Origin: a virus
Lineage: Duplodnaviria > Caudoviricetes
Strand: one strand, 5' to 3'
Length of the DNA stretch: 24,068 nt
Virus record (IMG/VR): IMGVR_UViG_3300007778_000034
Coordinates: 1 to 24,068 of that record
Below the pieces are notes generated by a model. That model was not told the DNA's origin. It made no database searches and saw only the letters and a program-made list of their open reading frames with translations. Below, one piece after another: positions 8,857 to 16,826 of this stretch (positions are counted from its first letter, which is position 1; every line of letters starts with the position of its first letter). A program made the translations under genes and the position numbers.

Positions 8857-9558
8857 ATGGCTGACTGGGGTAAACAAGAACTCGAAGAATTAGTAGAGTT
8901 AGAACGATTGGCTAAGCAAGAAGAACTTGAAGCTGCGTTTGTACGCCGTAAAGAAGAAAGACGAAAAGAAGATGCTGGTCCACCAGAGGGAATAGAAGAA
9001 CGTAGATCTGGAGAAGATAGACGCAAGCAAACTCAGACAGAAATCGAATTTGCTGGTATGACATTCAAAGGCGGAAAGATGTTCGCATTACTTACTGCTT
9101 TGTCAACTCTTGGTGGTGGGTCTTGGGCAGGTTTTGAATTCTATAAAGACTATATGGATATGCGAGAAGTTGTGCAAAACATCGATGTTGGTGCAATAGA
9201 AGCAAGAAATGCTGTTATAGAAACAAAGTTGGACGAAGCAATCGACTACACGAGAGACATAAAATCTGGTTTAAGAGACGACATTCTAGGAATCGAAAAA
9301 CAAGTTGATCTTATGGAAGATAGATTCCGTCAACAGGAAGTAGATATCCGTGAAATAGTCCAAAATGCCGAAGAACGTTTTGAGAACAAGCGTGATGCGC
9401 TACAGAACGATTATGATAATAAGGCAAATAGACTACGTGAATCTAATGACCAACGAATGACTGATCTCGAAGATAAGGTAGAAAGAGATCTTAAAGATCT
9501 TGAGAAAACTCTTGGCGAAAAATTGCAAAAAGCTTTGGATAATCCTTTAGCAAATTAA
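8857..9558 (+). CDS. Single-pass membrane coiled-coil protein
   Basis: Charged N-terminus, hydrophobic MFALLTALSTLGGGSWAGF segment, then about 130 aa of coiled coil ending ALDNPLAN. Confidence 0.75.
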   Translation: MADWGKQELEELVELERLAKQEELEAAFVRRKEERRKEDAGPPEGIEERRSGEDRRKQTQTEIEFAGMTFKGGKMFALLTALSTLGGGSWAGFEFYKDYMDMREVVQNIDVGAIEARNAVIETKLDEAIDYTRDIKSGLRDDILGIEKQVDLMEDRFRQQEVDIREIVQNAEERFENKRDALQNDYDNKANRLRESNDQRMTDLEDKVERDLKDLEKTLGEKLQKALDNPLAN

Positions 9559-9576
9559 GTAAGTTCTTGTTATAAT
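9555..9576 (+). promoter_or_regulatory. Extended -10 promoter with TTAAGTAA box
   Basis: TTAAGTAAGTTCTTGTTATAAT upstream of folA. Confidence 0.65.
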
Positions 9577-9608
9577 TATTATATAAAATTTTATAACAGG
9601 ACACAAAC

Positions 9609-10112
9609 ATGATAAAAGCTATTATGGCCATTGACTGCATGGGTGGTGTTGGTAAATCCGGCACACTCCCATGGCCGGCTAATAAAGAAGACTTACGTCA
9701 CTTCAAAAATCAAACAGACGGACACATTGTTGTTATGGGTTCAAAGACATGGGATGATCCATGCTTTCCTGCACCGTTGAAAAACCGCAAAAATGTCGTC
9801 GTTACTTCTAAACCTTTAAGTTACTACCCAGATGCAGATGATTGCATAGGTGGCGATTATGCGCCTCTTGTTCAACGTCTTGACGAAAACGACGAAAACG
9901 ACGAAAGAGATGTATGGATAATTGGTGGTCCTACTATTATTAAAGAATGCAGTCATTTGATTCAAGAACTTCAACTAACTGTCATCGATGGAGATTATGA
10001 TTGCGACACATTTTTAGATTTTCCATTTGAAGAATTTGAACAAACCTTAGGATGGAAAAGTACAACGGGCGAAACCAATAACGAGTACAGAGTTTACAGG
10101 AGAAAGATTTGA
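9609..10112 (+). CDS. folA: Dihydrofolate reductase
   Basis: GVGKSGTLPW..EDLRHFK, VVMGSKTW, PLKNRKNVVVT, WIIGG and CDTF motifs. Confidence 0.95.
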   Translation: MIKAIMAIDCMGGVGKSGTLPWPANKEDLRHFKNQTDGHIVVMGSKTWDDPCFPAPLKNRKNVVVTSKPLSYYPDADDCIGGDYAPLVQRLDENDENDERDVWIIGGPTIIKECSHLIQELQLTVIDGDYDCDTFLDFPFEEFEQTLGWKSTTGETNNEYRVYRRKI

Positions 10113-10969
10113 GACAGTATATTGACGCGCTTAAATATATTCGCAAAAATGGCGAACATGTTAACGATAGAACAGGGGTGGGCACCCAAACAGTTTTTGG
10201 CTATCAAATGCGCTTTAACCTACAAGAAGGCTTCCCGGCAGTTACCACAAAGAAACTTGCTTGGCGTGCTGTTGTAGGAGAATTATTATGGTTCCTTGAA
10301 GGTAGTACAGACGAGCGTAGACTTGCTGAAACTACATTTGAAAAGTCACGTGAAGAACTTGTAGACAAGAAAACGATTTGGACTGCTAACGCTAATGCAC
10401 AAGGTGTAGCACTAGGTTATCGTAATGATGATTTATATAAAGAACTAGGACCTGTATACGGAAGTCAATGGCGTGATTTCAATGGCGAAGGTTTTGATCA
10501 GATTCGCTATATTATTCGTCAGCTAACTACAGAACCAGATAGTCGTCGTATTATTCTAAGCGCATGGAATCCTAATCAACTAGAAGATATGGCACTTCCA
10601 CCCTGTCATACACTTAGTCAGTTTAAAGTTATTAACGGCAAACTTAGTTGCCAAATGTATCAACGAAGTGCTGACATGTTTTTAGGTGTACCCTTTAATA
10701 TAGCAAGTTACAGTTTGCTTACACATATGTTGGCACAAATCTGCGAGTTAGAAGTAGGAGAATTTATTTGGACTGGCGGGGATTGTCACATCTATCAAAA
10801 TCACTTCGATCAAGTAGAAGAACAACTAAAAAGGAGCCCTAAGATTGAGCCGAAGTTAAAAATGCCAAAATTTAGCAATCTAGCCGAATTACTATTAACA
10901 CGTCCATCTGATTACATTCTCGAAGGATATAATCCTATGGATTCAATTAAAGCACCAATGGCGGTTTAA
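10109..10969 (+). CDS. thyA: Thymidylate synthase (ThyA type)
   Basis: DRTGVGT, ELLWFL, LGPVYGSQWR, SRR, MALPPCH, YQRSADMFLGVPFNIASY, GDCHIY and terminal APMAV. TTG start overlaps the folA stop. Confidence 0.97.
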   Translation: MRQYIDALKYIRKNGEHVNDRTGVGTQTVFGYQMRFNLQEGFPAVTTKKLAWRAVVGELLWFLEGSTDERRLAETTFEKSREELVDKKTIWTANANAQGVALGYRNDDLYKELGPVYGSQWRDFNGEGFDQIRYIIRQLTTEPDSRRIILSAWNPNQLEDMALPPCHTLSQFKVINGKLSCQMYQRSADMFLGVPFNIASYSLLTHMLAQICELEVGEFIWTGGDCHIYQNHFDQVEEQLKRSPKIEPKLKMPKFSNLAELLLTRPSDYILEGYNPMDSIKAPMAV

Positions 10970-10978
10970 GGAAGGAAA

Positions 10979-12121
10979 ATGTACGAAATAATTAAAGATA
11001 TTTTAGAAAAAGAAACATTACGTCAACAAGAAACGATCGAACTTATTGCAAGTGAAAACTTTGCAAGTGATGCAGTTATGGAACTTGCAGGCTCTGTGTT
11101 TACTAACAAGTATGCAGAAGGTTATCCCGGCAAGCGCTATTACAACGGCTGTGAACACATGGATGAAATTGAAAAACTGGCTATTGATACGCTTTGTGAA
11201 CTATACGGTGCTAACTTTGCTAACGTACAGCCTCACTGTGGTGCGAATGCTAATACGGCGGTATACCAAGCTTTGATTAAACCAGGTGACCGTATCCTAG
11301 GTATGGACTTAGCAAGTGGCGGCCATTTGTCACATGGCGCAAAGGTGAACATCTCTGGTAAAAACTATATGTCTTATTCGTATGGTGTTGATAGGCATGG
11401 TTACCTTGATTATGTAGCAATTCGCGAAATGGCTGAAGATATTAAGCCTAAGATTATTGTTGCAGGTGCAAGTGCGTATCCTCGTGAAATTAATTGGGCT
11501 AAGTTCAGAAGTATTGCCGATTCAGTTGGTGCGTACTTGCTTGTTGATATGGCACACTATGCAGGTCTAGTTGCAGGTGGTGCTTACCCTAATCCTATGC
11601 AATACGCTGACGTTGTAACTTCTACTACGCATAAGACTCTTCGTGGACCACGTGGTGGAATCATCCTGTGGAATAACCCGGATTATACTGCCAAGCTGAA
11701 CAGCGCTATTTTCCCCGGCACTCAAGGCGGACCTTTGATGCATATCATTGCGGCTAAAGCGCAGTGTTTCCTTGAAGCATCTGAACCTTCCTTTAAAGAG
11801 TACGCTAAAAATGTAGTTGCAAACGCAAAAGCAATGTGTGAAGTCTTTGAAGAAAACGGATTCCCAGTACAAACTGGCGGAACAGATTCTCATATCATTT
11901 TAATGGATCTAAGTAAAAAGAATATCTCTGGTCGCGCAGCTGCAGATAAACTTGAAGAACATGGTATAACAGTTAACAAAAACGGTGTCCCTAATGATCC
12001 TCGTTCCTTTGTAGAAACAAGTGGTATTCGTATCGGAACAGCAGCTGAAACTACTCGCGGAATGGACGTAATAGCAGCACAAAACCTAGCTCAGAAAATC
12101 TGCGATATTCTTTCAGAATAA
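10979..12121 (+). CDS. glyA: Serine hydroxymethyltransferase
   Basis: [45 protein letters not shown] (PLP lysine), FPGTQGGP and SGIRIGT. Confidence 0.97.
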   Translation: MYEIIKDILEKETLRQQETIELIASENFASDAVMELAGSVFTNKYAEGYPGKRYYNGCEHMDEIEKLAIDTLCELYGANFANVQPHCGANANTAVYQALIKPGDRILGMDLASGGHLSHGAKVNISGKNYMSYSYGVDRHGYLDYVAIREMAEDIKPKIIVAGASAYPREINWAKFRSIADSVGAYLLVDMAHYAGLVAGGAYPNPMQYADVVTSTTHKTLRGPRGGIILWNNPDYTAKLNSAIFPGTQGGPLMHIIAAKAQCFLEASEPSFKEYAKNVVANAKAMCEVFEENGFPVQTGGTDSHIILMDLSKKNISGRAAADKLEEHGITVNKNGVPNDPRSFVETSGIRIGTAAETTRGMDVIAAQNLAQKICDILSE

Positions 12122-12128
12122 TCCTCAA

Positions 12129-12171
12129 AATCTCTAGAGTTCGGTTGATTCCGTATTCTAGAGATTATTTT
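12129..12171 (+). terminator. Long stem-loop after glyA, probable terminator
   Basis: AATCTCTAGAgttCGG-ttgatt-CCGtatTCTAGAGATT followed by ATTTT. Confidence 0.65.
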
Positions 12172-12201
12172 CAAAAAAACTGAAAAAAAGTTAAAAAAAC
12201 T

Positions 12202-12231
12202 GTTTACATTAACAAAAACTTTTGATAGAAT
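12202..12231 (+). promoter_or_regulatory. T4-early-like sigma70 promoter
   Basis: Phased A-tracts upstream (UP element), GTTTACA at 12202-12208, a 17-bp spacer, and TGaTAGAAT. Confidence 0.8.
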
Positions 12232-12247
12232 AGCACTATAATCAAGA

Positions 12248-12300
12248 AAGGAGATACACTAAACAACTTTACTCGTACACTTATCGAATGCTGTAAATAA
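12248..12300 (+). pseudogene. Possible remnant of a small early gene
   Basis: SD AAGGAGATAC, identical to that of ORF 12824, followed by CTA instead of ATG and then NNFTRTLIECCK-stop. Confidence 0.35.
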
Positions 12301-12322
12301 AATAGACACAAAGGAAAATATT

Positions 12323-12553
12323 ATGAAAAACGTAGACAAAGCAAAAGAAGCATACTCATACTGTCGCTACCTTCTAGACGATTGTCGAACACTCAAAAGT
12401 CTTGAAAAAGCAGTCGATAACATTATGGCTATCAGTCGTCAGCACAAATTTGACGAATATCAAATGGAAGCGTTAGAGCGATTCGGAATGAAGCGTTATG
12501 AACAAATTCAACGTGAAATGACGATGCTGGTAAAAAACAGAAAATTTGGCTAA
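12323..12553 (+). CDS. Small early hypothetical protein
   Basis: 76-aa ORF with SD AAGGA, downstream of an early promoter. Confidence 0.75.
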   Translation: MKNVDKAKEAYSYCRYLLDDCRTLKSLEKAVDNIMAISRQHKFDEYQMEALERFGMKRYEQIQREMTMLVKNRKFG

Positions 12554-12596
12554 AAAAGGTTTACTTCTCTTGCCAGTGTGTTATAATTGTTCTATA
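12552..12596 (+). promoter_or_regulatory. Early promoter, 45-bp repeat copy 1
   Basis: AAAAAAGGTTTACTTCTCTTGCCAGTGTGTTATAATTGTTCTATA, containing GTTTAC-N17-TATAAT with TGn. Confidence 0.88.
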
Positions 12597-12618
12597 ATCA
12601 AATAGAGGAATACATGAT

Positions 12619-12813
12619 ATGTCTACTTTTACTAACGAAATGATCGATCAGTTCTGGGCTTCAGTGGATGATGTACGCAAAGGTGATGAAGTATGTTGGG
12701 ACACTGTGATGTGGGACATGTTCTTCGCCTTCCCAGAAATGGAGAATGATAAGAAGTTAGTACGTGATCTGTACAAGCTGATTGATTCTGTTGAAACTAT
12801 GATGTGTTCTTAA
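12619..12813 (+). CDS. Small early hypothetical protein
   Basis: 64-aa ORF with SD GAGGA, directly after promoter copy 1. Confidence 0.75.
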   Translation: MSTFTNEMIDQFWASVDDVRKGDEVCWDTVMWDMFFAFPEMENDKKLVRDLYKLIDSVETMMCS

Positions 12814-12823
12814 GGAGATACCC

Positions 12824-13237
12824 ATGAAAGCATTTAACAACTTCACTTCTGCTGCTGGTTCACACGCTCGTATCATGGAACTGGAAGATTTCTGCTTCTC
12901 AGATTTCCACAAAGATGTGTACGGTTTTCGTCCTCGTGGTGAAACATGGGATCGTTTCGTTAACATGCCAGTGGATACACTGATCTTCTGCGTGGACAAC
13001 ATGTTCCGTATTATGGATGAAAGCCAAAAGGCTGAGGAAGTGCGTGAAGCCGAAGCTCTTGAATCATTCAAAGCTGATCTTCAAAATCTTATGGCATCAG
13101 GTGCAGGTGATTGGAAGACTGCTCTTAAATGGATGATGGAAGAAACCGAAGAAGACAACGTCGAATACTTCCTCTGGAGTTTGGGTATCGGTCACGCTAA
13201 ACGCAACGAGATAGTTGAACTTTTTTTCGCAAAGTAG
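12824..13237 (+). CDS. Conserved phage early hypothetical protein (SDxHKDxYGFRPR motif)
   Basis: FSDFHKDVYGFRPRG motif, which I recall from small phage proteins. Strong SD AAGGAG. Confidence 0.8.
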   Translation: MKAFNNFTSAAGSHARIMELEDFCFSDFHKDVYGFRPRGETWDRFVNMPVDTLIFCVDNMFRIMDESQKAEEVREAEALESFKADLQNLMASGAGDWKTALKWMMEETEEDNVEYFLWSLGIGHAKRNEIVELFFAK

Positions 13238-13239
13238 TA

Positions 13240-13284
13240 AAAAAAGGTTTACTTCTCTTGCCAGTGTGTTATAATTGTTCTATA
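13240..13284 (+). promoter_or_regulatory. Early promoter, 45-bp repeat copy 2
   Basis: Identical to 12552-12596. Confidence 0.88.
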
Positions 13285-13305
13285 TAATGAATTGAGGATT
13301 TGATT

Positions 13306-13512
13306 ATGAAATATTTACAAGAAACCACTGCTTGGGAAGATATTGATTACAATATTCCTGCGCACATTTATGCAGTTGCCGATAACGGTTGGTTGCTTGG
13401 TTATATCAAGGCTGGTACAACTGAAGTTCTTTGGTTCAAAAATCCAATGAAACTGTTTAATAAGAAAGGTCGCAAATTTAAGGACGTAACAAAGTTTTAT
13501 AAAGGAGTTTAA
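13306..13512 (+). CDS. Small early hypothetical protein
   Basis: SD GAGGA, ATG 13306 (the ORF track starts at 13300). Sequence LQETTAW...HIY...GYIK...FNKKGRKF. Confidence 0.75.
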   Translation: MKYLQETTAWEDIDYNIPAHIYAVADNGWLLGYIKAGTTEVLWFKNPMKLFNKKGRKFKDVTKFYKGV

Positions 13513-13515
13513 AAC

Positions 13516-13737
13516 GTGAGTCAGTTTGTGCCGCACTTACCTGATTATTATATTGCTGGTGTCTACATCGATCAACATGATGTATGGGTTGGCGATTTTT
13601 ATGCAACTGAATATGAATTAATTGGATATGGTATTGACGCCGAATTAGAAGGAGCAGAAATGCTATTAGTAACAGATATGATAGATTGCATTAATGTTTA
13701 TCAAGATTGGTGGAGTCGTATAAGCAAACGATCATGA
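13516..13737 (+). CDS. Small acidic hypothetical protein
   Basis: SD AAGGAG, GTG start, and a stop just before the terminator. Confidence 0.65.
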   Translation: MSQFVPHLPDYYIAGVYIDQHDVWVGDFYATEYELIGYGIDAELEGAEMLLVTDMIDCINVYQDWWSRISKRS

Positions 13738-13753
13738 ACTTTCACAAGTTATT

Positions 13754-13782
13754 AAAAAAGGACTTCCGAAGAAGTCCTTTTT
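13754..13782. terminator. Bidirectional intrinsic terminator with a cUUCGg tetraloop on the minus strand
   Basis: AAAAAAGGACTTC-CGAA-GAAGTCCTTTTT between the convergent early genes and gp23. Confidence 0.92.
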
Positions 13783-13802
13783 AGTATCAAATAATCGTTA
13801 GA

Positions 13803-15053
13803 TTATGCTAATACAGTACCAGTGAAGTCAACACCGAAAGATCTAGCGTAAGTAGCTGCACGATCGCCAGAAGTTGCAGAAGAAACACCTGGGATAGTAT
13901 CTAGAGCGTATCTAGTTTTAGCAATTACTGCTGGCTGACCAGAATCAGCGTTAGTTACTTTAGTGAATGACATTGGAACGTATGGAGCAAAGAAGCCCAT
14001 AGCATCACGACGGTCAGCACCTTTGTAAACAACAGTTGCATAATCAGAAGTAGCGTACTGATCAACGATAACTTTGAAGCGACCGTCGAATGTACCAGCA
14101 ACACCGCCAGAAACTGGAGCTTTAACGCCAGAAGCCTGTTCAGCAGTTTTGAAAGTACCGATCTGCTCAAGCATAGTAGCAACTTTTGGAGATACTAGAA
14201 GTGTGTTACCCTGACCACGCTTAGTGTCAAGACCGATCTGAGCTGCTTCAGCAGAGATACGAACAGCGTGTGCACGCATTTTCTCAATGTCCCAACGACC
14301 AGCATCGGTGTTGATAGCAGTATCAGCCAACTGAGTAGCGTTACCGTTAACAAAATCAACAACTTCACGATCGATTTCAGCCTGCATTTCGTAAGACATC
14401 AAAGACATGATTTCTTCATCAGCAAGTAGACCGTGCTGTGCTTTAAGATCCTGATACATTTCAACAGTGTACTGACCTTTAAGTGCACGTGATTTAGCTT
14501 CAACAGACTTCTTAGCAATTGAGAAACCAACTTCTTTCATGTCGGTACCAAGTGCTTCAGCAGCAGCTGTAGCAACTGCACCAGTGTAACCTTTTAAGAT
14601 TTTACCGAAAGCAGCTTCGTTAGAGTAAGTAGCAACATAGCCTGCACCTGCTTCAGCAGCAGCAACATCAGCAGCAGCCAACAAGTACATGTTACCTTCA
14701 GAATAAATTGCGTCGCCAGAAAGATCATCAGTAGACTCAACAATCTTACCACCTTTAGCAGATGCAGCACCTGTGCCAGTGTATTCGTTAGTTAAAGCGT
14801 AGATGAAACCTGTAGGCATAGTCATTGGCTGAACACCAAGGATCTCGTTTGCAATTAGGTTAGGGTATACACGACGAACCATAGGCATAAGGATCGGTGT
14901 AAACTGAGCAACATCACCAGACAAAGTACCTTCAGATACTAGACGTGCGTGTTCTTTTTCAGTGTTTTCTAACATAAGCTTCATTGCTGCAGAATCAGAC
15001 GCAGTTAATGGAGCAAATTTAGAACTCTCAAGTAGTGCTTGGATATTTTCCAT
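13803..15053 (-). CDS. gp23: Major capsid protein (T4 gp23-like)
   Basis: MVRRVYPNLIANEILGVQPMTMPTGFIYAL, SVEAKSRALK..YTVEMYQDLKAQHG, EIDREV, FFAPYVP and KTRY. Confidence 0.96.
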   Translation of the reverse strand: MENIQALLESSKFAPLTASDSAAMKLMLENTEKEHARLVSEGTLSGDVAQFTPILMPMVRRVYPNLIANEILGVQPMTMPTGFIYALTNEYTGTGAASAKGGKIVESTDDLSGDAIYSEGNMYLLAAADVAAAEAGAGYVATYSNEAAFGKILKGYTGAVATAAAEALGTDMKEVGFSIAKKSVEAKSRALKGQYTVEMYQDLKAQHGLLADEEIMSLMSYEMQAEIDREVVDFVNGNATQLADTAINTDAGRWDIEKMRAHAVRISAEAAQIGLDTKRGQGNTLLVSPKVATMLEQIGTFKTAEQASGVKAPVSGGVAGTFDGRFKVIVDQYATSDYATVVYKGADRRDAMGFFAPYVPMSFTKVTNADSGQPAVIAKTRYALDTIPGVSSATSGDRAATYARSFGVDFTGTVLA

Positions 15054-15082
15054 TTTATTTTCTCCTATTAGAAATTTTAAAT

Positions 15083-15090
15083 TATTTATA
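15083..15090 (-). promoter_or_regulatory. T4-type late promoter (gp23)
   Basis: TATAAATA on the minus strand, 30 nt upstream of the start. Confidence 0.85.
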
Positions 15091-15096
15091 TTTTTG

Positions 15097-15822
15097 TTAA
15101 ACTAAATGTGCCCAAACTGGCTTGGCAATTGTCTCTTCAGCAGATTCAGAAACAACTTCTTCAACTTCTGCTTCAATAGTTCCTTTCACAGACTCTTTAA
15201 TTGTCTCTAACTTAATAGTGAAAGATTCATCGCGTGTAAAATCAATGATTTCAGCCAATTTCTCAAACTTTTCAGACTCAACTAATGACATGCCTTCTTT
15301 CATTTCAGCAATGATACCGGCTTTAAGTAGTTTGTCATTTTCTTCTTTAAGGTTGATGTTTTCTTCAACTAAAGTATCGTATTTAGAAACCGATTCAGCG
15401 AGTTCTTTTTCAACTTCTGTGTTGTCTTTAGCTTCAACGATTCTTGAAACTTCAACGCCACCGGCAACTAGCATAGATTCGAATGCTTCAATAATCATAT
15501 CTGCTTTTTCAGATTTTACTGATTCATCCAAAGTTTCTTTAGCTTCAGTAACGAATTCTTCAACGATTCTATCTAAATATTTATCCAATGATTCAACCAT
15601 CTCAGCTTGTTTCATCGCAACATACTCATCGGCTTTCTCATTCAAGAATTCGATGTGCTGCTCGGATTTTTCATTTAGAGTTTCAACTTCTTCTTCAATT
15701 CTAGATTCAGCAATTGTCATTGCTTTAATTTCTACGGCTTCATTAAACTGAGCTTCTAATGACTCTCTTAATTCGGCAGTAAAAACTTTTTCATCTAGGG
15801 ATTCAAATAGTTTCTCTAGCAT
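15097..15822 (-). CDS. gp22: Prohead core scaffold protein (gp22-like)
   Basis: Acidic coiled coil with LDKYLDRIVEEF and EKFEKLAE..KLETIKES, located between the protease and the capsid genes. Confidence 0.88.
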   Translation of the reverse strand: MLEKLFESLDEKVFTAELRESLEAQFNEAVEIKAMTIAESRIEEEVETLNEKSEQHIEFLNEKADEYVAMKQAEMVESLDKYLDRIVEEFVTEAKETLDESVKSEKADMIIEAFESMLVAGGVEVSRIVEAKDNTEVEKELAESVSKYDTLVEENINLKEENDKLLKAGIIAEMKEGMSLVESEKFEKLAEIIDFTRDESFTIKLETIKESVKGTIEAEVEEVVSESAEETIAKPVWAHLV

Positions 15823-15848
15823 GTTATTACTCCTTTGTTAATTGTAAT

Positions 15849-15856
15849 TATTTATA
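15849..15856 (-). promoter_or_regulatory. T4-type late promoter (gp22)
   Basis: TATAAATA on the minus strand. Confidence 0.8.
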
Positions 15857-15893
15857 TTTTTTAAAAATAAAATAGAAATGATCTATTACTTTT

Positions 15894-16589
15894 TTATTTC
15901 TTATTATTTATAATTTGTGTAAGAACGTCATTGAACTTCTGTTTAAAAGCCTTATCAATGTCTTCTTTATCGAACATTTCACAAGTTCCACTGCACTGCG
16001 ACTCATTCATAGCGACAATATTTCCAAAATCATCAAACCCGAAATTCATATCTTCAATAATACCTTCATTGAGTTGGAAACTTTCAACAACACCATTCAT
16101 TGACGCGTTGTAATCTGATGGTGCCGCAACAATATCATATGTTACTAATTTGAAATTTTCTACTACGCCGTTTTTAACTGAACCAACGCCACGACTAGAT
16201 ACTGAGATATTAACTCCGTTATCAATTAATGATTTTAATTGATTCGCTTTTGAATTGTCAAGCAGAACTGCTTCACCCATAACGTATTTATCTTTGATTT
16301 TTAATTCAGTAATTTTAGCAACAGCTTCCATTGGATCAACGGTTGTGCGCGCTGGATGTTCCCACTCCATTAGGGTGTTTATAGAACCAGAATTAAAATT
16401 TTCTTGGTATTTTGCTACTTCGGTTTCCCAAAGGCTTCTAGGGTAGATACGTCCATTTCGATTTTTTTCGCCAATGGTACTAAAAACACCCCTAATTTTA
16501 TATTTCTTAGATGATGAGCCGGTTGCTTCGTTGATTTCTTCTTCAACGATAAATTCCGGTTTAGCATCAATGTCATACATCAGTTTCAT
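15894..16589 (-). CDS. gp21: Prohead protease (gp21-like)
   Basis: KNRNGRIYP, EWEHP, VSSRGVGS and YDIVAAPS. Start set at ATG 16589, which has SD GAGGAG. Confidence 0.93.
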   Translation of the reverse strand: MKLMYDIDAKPEFIVEEEINEATGSSSKKYKIRGVFSTIGEKNRNGRIYPRSLWETEVAKYQENFNSGSINTLMEWEHPARTTVDPMEAVAKITELKIKDKYVMGEAVLLDNSKANQLKSLIDNGVNISVSSRGVGSVKNGVVENFKLVTYDIVAAPSDYNASMNGVVESFQLNEGIIEDMNFGFDDFGNIVAMNESQCSGTCEMFDKEDIDKAFKQKFNDVLTQIINNKK

Positions 16590-16782
16590 AAGATTGCTCC
16601 TCAGCCGAACCAATATTTGCAAAAGATGACTTCATGTTCTGTATCTTGTCAAAATCGGTTACGTAATTTTTTACGGTCTCATGGCTAGCAAGCTTTCTAT
16701 GCAGTTCAGCTTTAATTGATTTAGAAAAATCAGTGTATCTTTTCTCAATTGCGCTGTCAATTACTGTTCCATCTAAAGCCAT
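16573..16782 (-). CDS. Small prohead core protein (gp67/gp68 position)
   Basis: 69 aa with SD GAGG and its own late promoter, immediately upstream of gp21. Positional call. Confidence 0.6.
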   Translation of the reverse strand: MALDGTVIDSAIEKRYTDFSKSIKAELHRKLASHETVKNYVTDFDKIQNMKSSFANIGSAEEQSYETDV

Positions 16783-16803
16783 TTTATATACCTCTTTTTA
16801 TAT

Positions 16804-16811
16804 TATTTATA
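16804..16811 (-). promoter_or_regulatory. T4-type late promoter
   Basis: TATAAATA on the minus strand. Confidence 0.8.
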
Positions 16812-16826
16812 TTAATAAGACAAGAA

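Noticed and set aside
9882-9906. GACGAAAAC tandem repeat (DENDENDE) in DHFR
   Set aside because: Small in-frame duplication in a probably variable loop, with no evidence of function.
10109-10969. ThyA as a DNA-modifying dCMP hydroxymethylase partnering the carbamoyltransferase
   Set aside because: It has the dUMP-specifying Asn (PFN) and a fully canonical ThyA sequence including the C-terminal AV.
12122-12322. tRNA or structured ncRNA in the largest intergenic gap
   Set aside because: No cloverleaf. The region is accounted for by a hairpin, UP-element A-tracts, a promoter and a leader.
12552-13284. 45-bp direct repeats as CRISPR repeats or att sites
   Set aside because: Only two copies, 688 bp apart, each an evident promoter. 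No cas or integrase gene is in the window.
15122-15751. 209-aa plus-strand ORF opposite gp22, and similar shadow or alternate-frame ORFs in gp23, glyA and the tape measure gene
   Set aside because: Explained by the codon bias and repeats of the real genes.
16590-16622. Extended N-terminus of gp21 in the ORF track
   Set aside because: A strong SD (GAGGAG) precedes ATG 16589, and the extension lies inside the upstream gene.
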